From the IMG/VR virus record IMGVR_UViG_3300036785_000389, positions 1 to 61,782 of that record: a stretch of 61,782 nucleotides of DNA; one strand, given 5' to 3'. Each line of letters starts with the position of its first letter. The stretch's first letter is position 1. The notes beneath the pieces are model-generated. The model worked only from the letters and a program-made list of their open reading frames with translations. It was not told where the DNA came from and searched no databases. Of this stretch, positions 57,546 through 61,782 are shown piece after piece. The position numbers were made by a program, and so were the translations under genes. The DNA is from a virus (lineage: Duplodnaviria; Caudoviricetes).

Positions 57546-57753
57546 ATCTGTGACTATGATACGGTTTAATTTCTGATTCTATCATCTGTCCTACGCTCGG
57601 CGCCTTCGATAGTTCATCGGCTTTGGCTTCATCCACCCCTTGATAGGCACTCACCTTTCCGCCCCTGGCCCACTTCACCAGCAACTCTTGGTTTTCGGCG
57701 TCATAGCCTATTTCCGACACCATAGACGAATGAACGTCGCGCCACCAAGTCAT
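57538..57753 (-). CDS. KTSC-domain protein
   Basis: SSMVSEIGYD..LLVKW..YQGV..APSVG. Confidence 0.88.
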   Translation of the reverse strand: MTWWRDVHSSMVSEIGYDAENQELLVKWARGGKVSAYQGVDEAKADELSKAPSVGQMIESEIKPYHSHRYV

Positions 57754-58106
57754 GACATTTTCCTAGCCGCATCTGTCATTATCTCTCGTATCAATGGAAG
57801 TAGAATCTCGTCGCTGTCCTCTATCATCTCGTCGGAAAACGACAGCAATGGCAATTTCAGAAGGTGGTTGTCCTTCAACGGCTCGCCTTTCACGTCCACT
57901 CTCGTCAAGATGATACGGCGCCTCGACTTGTCGTGATCGCCCAAGGACCAAAATTCTCCTTCGCATTCGTCAACGTATCGAACGCCCCGCTGCCTGTCTT
58001 TCGACAACACTTTTCTAGGATAACGAATCCTAGCCTTGCGATCGGGGTTCAGCATGAAAAACTGCGCATCTTCATCCGGTCGTCCGTTGGCAAACAACAG
58101 TGTCAT
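57750..58106 (-). CDS. Hypothetical protein
   Basis: DAQFF..NPDRKARIR. Confidence 0.65.
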   Translation of the reverse strand: MTLLFANGRPDEDAQFFMLNPDRKARIRYPRKVLSKDRQRGVRYVDECEGEFWSLGDHDKSRRRIILTRVDVKGEPLKDNHLLKLPLLSFSDEMIEDSDEILLPLIREIMTDAARKMS

Positions 58107-58363
58107 GCGCCCCGAACCTGTGGGTTATAAGAACCGTCAGCAGGTGGATTAGTTTGTCCGTAGCTGGCCATCGTAACGCAATCGGCCCCGTCGCCACACC
58201 CCCAACTGTCGGGATACTCGATAATGGGCCATGATGCCGAACCAGTAGCTTCATGCGCGACCGGGCAGCTCCTAGCACATACCGTCCTGTCTCGCGGTCC
58301 TTCGTTCGTGTGAACGGGGATCGTGCGAACGAAATAGCACTTTGCACAAGTTCCGATGGTCAT
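58103..58363 (-). CDS. Small Cys-rich protein
   Basis: CAKCYF..CAR..WP...WGCGDG. Confidence 0.65.
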   Translation of the reverse strand: MTIGTCAKCYFVRTIPVHTNEGPRDRTVCARSCPVAHEATGSASWPIIEYPDSWGCGDGADCVTMASYGQTNPPADGSYNPQVRGA

Positions 58364-59148
58364 TTTAGCTCCACCGTATTCCAGACTTCGCCAACATCCT
58401 TTAACGTTGAAAACAAGATATTGGGCGGATTAGGCTCCCGATGAATCTTTGTACTCAACGGAAGCATGGTAGGCATAGCTCCGTCATTGTGCAACAAAAA
58501 CGTATCGTAGCCCAAATCTTTAGCCGTTTCTCTCAAATACATGGGCGTGTGTTTGGCGTATCCGAGAGTAATTCTGTGGCATTCGCAAACTATAAATGCC
58601 GGGCGAACATTTCCCAACCCCTGTAAAACATCAGGCTCCGAACCCTCAGTATCGATCTTGACCAACCTCGGCACAGGCTTGCAAAATTCATCTAGCGTAC
58701 TGGCCTGTAGCTTGACCGCGCTCAATGCGTTGGGAATATCGACAATGGAATTTAAGCCACTGTCGTGCGCCAAGTGAAAAGTGACTTCTTCGTTCTTGCT
58801 CCACATCGGCTGTGTCAAGATCGTGATATTGGTGATCTTGTTGTGGGCTATATTGTCTTTGAGCTTCTGGATGTTGTTGACGCCCGGCTCGACAGCAAGA
58901 ACCTTTCCTTTAGGTCCAACTAGCTTTGATAGAACGATACTCATGAACCCGGTGTTAGCGCCAACGTCGATCACGTAGTCGCCAGGGCGCAATACCCGTT
59001 TGAATAGATGAACGGTTTCCGGCTCGCACAAACCGTTTTTCAAAAGATACTGTCTCATTCCGACATCAGAATAGAAATTGGGATCAAACGTCATCTGAAA
59101 CGACAACTTTGTGCCGGAAATATCCAAATTTATGTCCAAAATGCTCAT
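58360..59148 (-). CDS. FkbM-family SAM methyltransferase
   Basis: IDVGANTG, AVEP, LVKIDTEGSE. Confidence 0.93.
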   Translation of the reverse strand: MSILDINLDISGTKLSFQMTFDPNFYSDVGMRQYLLKNGLCEPETVHLFKRVLRPGDYVIDVGANTGFMSIVLSKLVGPKGKVLAVEPGVNNIQKLKDNIAHNKITNITILTQPMWSKNEEVTFHLAHDSGLNSIVDIPNALSAVKLQASTLDEFCKPVPRLVKIDTEGSEPDVLQGLGNVRPAFIVCECHRITLGYAKHTPMYLRETAKDLGYDTFLLHNDGAMPTMLPLSTKIHREPNPPNILFSTLKDVGEVWNTVELK

Positions 59149-59531
59149 AGCAATTCACATGCCCGTTCAATGATAAGAGCGCCCCACTTCCTCGCAGCTA
59201 TTTTTTCCGCGTCTCCGGTCAAAATGGACGACGCCTTGGCCGCCTTGGCGAGGATTTGGGCGGCCTGCTGCACGAAGTCCTGAATATCCTCCTGTACTTG
59301 AGGAACCGGCGCCATCGCTCCAATAAGCGCGCGAGCATCTTCGTTTTCCCTTTCGTCCACGGCTTTTTCTCCTGCCGGGGTTATATAATTGTTGAATTTA
59401 TCGCCGCGCTTCAAGAATCCGAGCCGAACCAGACTATCGACAGGAATTTCCCAACGCCCAATCGCGCCTATCGATTGCCCGGTTTTGGCTATCAGAAGCA
59501 CCGTAAACTCGTCGTCAGTCAGTTTTTCCAT
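59145..59531 (-). CDS. Winged-helix-like hypothetical protein
   Basis: LVRLGFL..YITPAGEKA. Confidence 0.6.
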   Translation of the reverse strand: MEKLTDDEFTVLLIAKTGQSIGAIGRWEIPVDSLVRLGFLKRGDKFNNYITPAGEKAVDERENEDARALIGAMAPVPQVQEDIQDFVQQAAQILAKAAKASSILTGDAEKIAARKWGALIIERACELL

Positions 59532-59709
59532 CGGCGCTCACTCCGCCAGATAAAGTTACAGTAGTCATACGAACCGGCGGTGATAAAACTTTATCTAATA
59601 CAGCACACAACTCGGCGGATTTGTAATCAAAGTTTTCCCCTTCTAGAGAATCAAGAGAGCGTTTCTTTGCTTCATCACGAAATTTTTCAAGCCTATCTCT
59701 TAGAGACAT
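59515..59709 (-). CDS. Hypothetical protein
   Basis: Coupled ORF. Confidence 0.45.
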   Translation of the reverse strand: MSLRDRLEKFRDEAKKRSLDSLEGENFDYKSAELCAVLDKVLSPPVRMTTVTLSGGVSADGKTD

Positions 59710-61078
59710 CTAACATCTCCTTTAACGCTTCTATGATCTGCTCGAATACTGGTCCCCACTGGCGGTCTTTGCCTTGGCGAAAAATTCTATGTTTTGGTGT
59801 CCAGAGCATGTCTTTTGTATCTAGCCCAAGACGATAATCGCGGCCTAGATAACTATACAGGAGCCAAAATTCTTTGCCGGTCGCGGCACAGATATGGCCG
59901 AGAGCTGATTCGCATCCGATTACGAGGTCAAGGTCGCTCAAAACCGCGAACGTATCGGCCACGTCGCGCAAGTAGGGACCAAGTTCCCGCACCAACCCCG
60001 AACCGCCGCTGTCTCCAATTTCTTTGGCGCGGTCGCCAACCTGCAACGAATAAAGTTGAACTCCTGGCACCCGATACAATTCGTAAAATTCGTGTACGGG
60101 AATGGACCTGTGCATGTCGAGATTGTTCAACGGTGAACCGGCCCAAGCAATACCGATGTGTATCTTTCGATCCGGCACCTTCCAGTTCAACGGAATTTGC
60201 CAGTTCGATATTTCAATCTGTTTGGTATTACGAATAGTTGCGTCATCAAGTCCCAATGCGTTTGGCAGACTTACAAAAGTCGTCCAAGCATCAGCCGCCG
60301 GGAACACTTGCCCGTTCGGAATGAGATTGAGATTTCTTATGTCGTTGAACACATGCACAAACAGTCGCATCAGCTCGGGCTGAATCGCGGCATGAACATA
60401 TTTCGATTTCTCACACAGCATCGGCACAAACCGAGCGAACGAAAGCGTATCCCCCAAACCCTGATCGGCGCTAAGAAACACCGTCTTGCCGGCGGTGCCG
60501 TCCCATTTAGGATACGGGTACTGGAGATAGTTTTTCAGCTTGTAAGGAAAACGGGCTTCGAGATGATTGAATCCTTCGACCAATTCTCGATTAAACAATA
60601 AAGCAAGTCCCAAACCGAACTCGACTAGAGGATCGTCGGGCATCAATGCGTAAGATTTACGTGCAGCATCCGCCGATTTCTCCGCATCGTCAAGTATCTG
60701 GTAGATGTTGGCGAGCGTGATCCAGCAATACCCGTTTTTCGGATCGACTTCGACCGATTGCAATCCAGCCTGCAATGCTTCTTCAATGCGTCCGAGAGTC
60801 AACAGACGCCATGACATATTTCCGAGAATTTTTGATTTCTGATCGGAGGTCGTCTCGCATTGCAGCCCGCGACGCCAATAAGCAACGGCGGCGTTGAACA
60901 AGTTCAAATCGGATATTGTATTGCCGTTCTGGTAAAAGGCGTCGGAAAACGTTGGATCGACCAAACACGCCGACGAAATACACTGGTAAGCATGCTGCAA
61001 TGCCTGCGGATTTGATTTGTCCGACAGGCTGGCAATACCGGAATTGAGAAGATCGACAGCGTGCTTACGATCACCCAC
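59693..61078 (-). CDS. TPR-repeat glycosyltransferase (GT9/GT-B-like)
   Basis: TPR helices, then DQGLGDTLSFARF, IGIAWAG, SLQ, DLVIGCESALGH. Confidence 0.88.
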   Translation of the reverse strand: MGDRKHAVDLLNSGIASLSDKSNPQALQHAYQCISSACLVDPTFSDAFYQNGNTISDLNLFNAAVAYWRRGLQCETTSDQKSKILGNMSWRLLTLGRIEEALQAGLQSVEVDPKNGYCWITLANIYQILDDAEKSADAARKSYALMPDDPLVEFGLGLALLFNRELVEGFNHLEARFPYKLKNYLQYPYPKWDGTAGKTVFLSADQGLGDTLSFARFVPMLCEKSKYVHAAIQPELMRLFVHVFNDIRNLNLIPNGQVFPAADAWTTFVSLPNALGLDDATIRNTKQIEISNWQIPLNWKVPDRKIHIGIAWAGSPLNNLDMHRSIPVHEFYELYRVPGVQLYSLQVGDRAKEIGDSGGSGLVRELGPYLRDVADTFAVLSDLDLVIGCESALGHICAATGKEFWLLYSYLGRDYRLGLDTKDMLWTPKHRIFRQGKDRQWGPVFEQIIEALKEMLDVSKR

Positions 61079-61766
61079 GCACCCGCTCCATGATTCTCTG
61101 CATCTGGTTTGCTTGGAACGGCTTGCCTGAGCGGGACAAAATGCCTTCCTTCCTACACTGGCGTAGGATTTTCCAACGTGACGCTCGCTCTCCCTCGATC
61201 ATTGATCGAACCCTTTCGATAACTGCCTGTTCCTCGGGAATAGGCTCAAGCTGTGCCTGTTTTCCCATCCCCACCTTACGCCAGCCATAAGGAACGGTTC
61301 CTATGCAGCCGCCCCTAGCCCGCTTGGCCTCGCGACCATCCTGCATACGCTCGGCAATACGAGAGCGTTCAAACTCGGCCATGAGCGCCAACATGCCGAA
61401 AAACAACTTGGCGGTTCCGGAATCGGTCACAGGCTCAACGCCAAGGTCTATCAGGATCAAACCGATACCGCGTTTCTTCAAAAGATCGGCAGTATTGAGA
61501 GCGTCGGACGCCGAACGGAACAAGCGATCTAGTTTTGTGCTAACTATAATATCTCCCTTGCCGGCGTCGGACAGTAGTTTCCCGCCATTGGGACGTTCCG
61601 CCAAAGGAATTGTTCCTGATACTCCAGCATCGACATAAGAAACAAACTCATAGGCAAGATCGACGCCGCGCATCTCGGCCAGTGCCTTGACCTTGCGCTG
61701 TTGCTCTCGCAGCGACGTGCCTTCAATCTGTTCCTCGGTCGAACAGCGAGCGTACCCTAAGATCAT
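61071..61766 (-). CDS. Serine recombinase (resolvase/invertase family)
   Basis: GYARCSTEEQ, DAGVSG, KLDRLFRS, AEFERSRI..R, PYG. Confidence 0.93.
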   Translation of the reverse strand: MILGYARCSTEEQIEGTSLREQQRKVKALAEMRGVDLAYEFVSYVDAGVSGTIPLAERPNGGKLLSDAGKGDIIVSTKLDRLFRSASDALNTADLLKKRGIGLILIDLGVEPVTDSGTAKLFFGMLALMAEFERSRIAERMQDGREAKRARGGCIGTVPYGWRKVGMGKQAQLEPIPEEQAVIERVRSMIEGERASRWKILRQCRKEGILSRSGKPFQANQMQRIMERVRG

Positions 61767-61767
61767 G
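61642..61767 (+). repeat. Terminal direct repeat copy 2
   Basis: Identical to 1-126. Confidence 0.95.
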
Positions 61768-61782
61768 AGTTTGTTTCTTATG

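Larger units (their letters stand above)
1..61767. mobile_element. Complete circularly permuted tailed phage genome (podovirus-like; probable alphaproteobacterial host)
   Basis: terL, portal, capsid, ejection-protein and lysis modules present; direct terminal overlap; no flanking host housekeeping genes. Confidence 0.93.

Noticed and set aside
61642-61767. 126-bp repeat as a biological direct terminal repeat or att site
   Set aside because: It falls mid-gene and has a k-mer-like length, so it is most simply an assembly circularisation overlap
61765-61782. Last 18 nt are the reverse complement of 61634-61651 (possible hairpin telomere or inversion)
   Set aside because: No protelomerase is present, and the true continuation is at position 127; a fold-back chimeric read at the contig tip is more likely. 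Read data would settle it.
1-61782. tRNA or rRNA genes
   Set aside because: No cloverleaf with a T-loop consensus was recognised by eye; tRNAscan-SE would confirm

Overview
This window looks like a complete, circularly permuted ~61.6 kb tailed phage genome. Bases 1-126 recur at 61642-61767. The morphogenesis gene order is podovirus-like, and the host is probably an alphaproteobacterium (GcrA-like protein, Bradyrhizobium-type CHAP-like protein). One long minus-strand arm runs across the contig join. It carries signal-peptide-bearing spike/adhesin-like proteins (5-10.7 kb), a glycan synthesis/modification module (0.1-4.4 kb and 58.4-61.1 kb) with a small serine recombinase inside it, then terL, portal, capsid, three paralogous adaptor-like genes, nozzle, ejection proteins, tailspike and lysis genes. 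Early, replication and recombination genes lie at 15-31 kb; no CI repressor or large integrase is recognisable. Three observations stand out. (1) A 2.5-kb TA-flanked insertion splits a phage gene and is a mosaic of bacterial defence-gene pieces: an intact DarG-like macrodomain plus truncated DarT, SRA-HNH and GIY-YIG/RAMA genes. (2) Tailspike-like proteins carry Sec/Tat signal peptides and paired cysteines and lie beside the glycosylation module. (3) A ~420-nt structured non-coding element with a nested small RNA sits upstream of a replication protein that lacks its DNA-binding domain. All family assignments come from motif recognition by eye; no searches were run.
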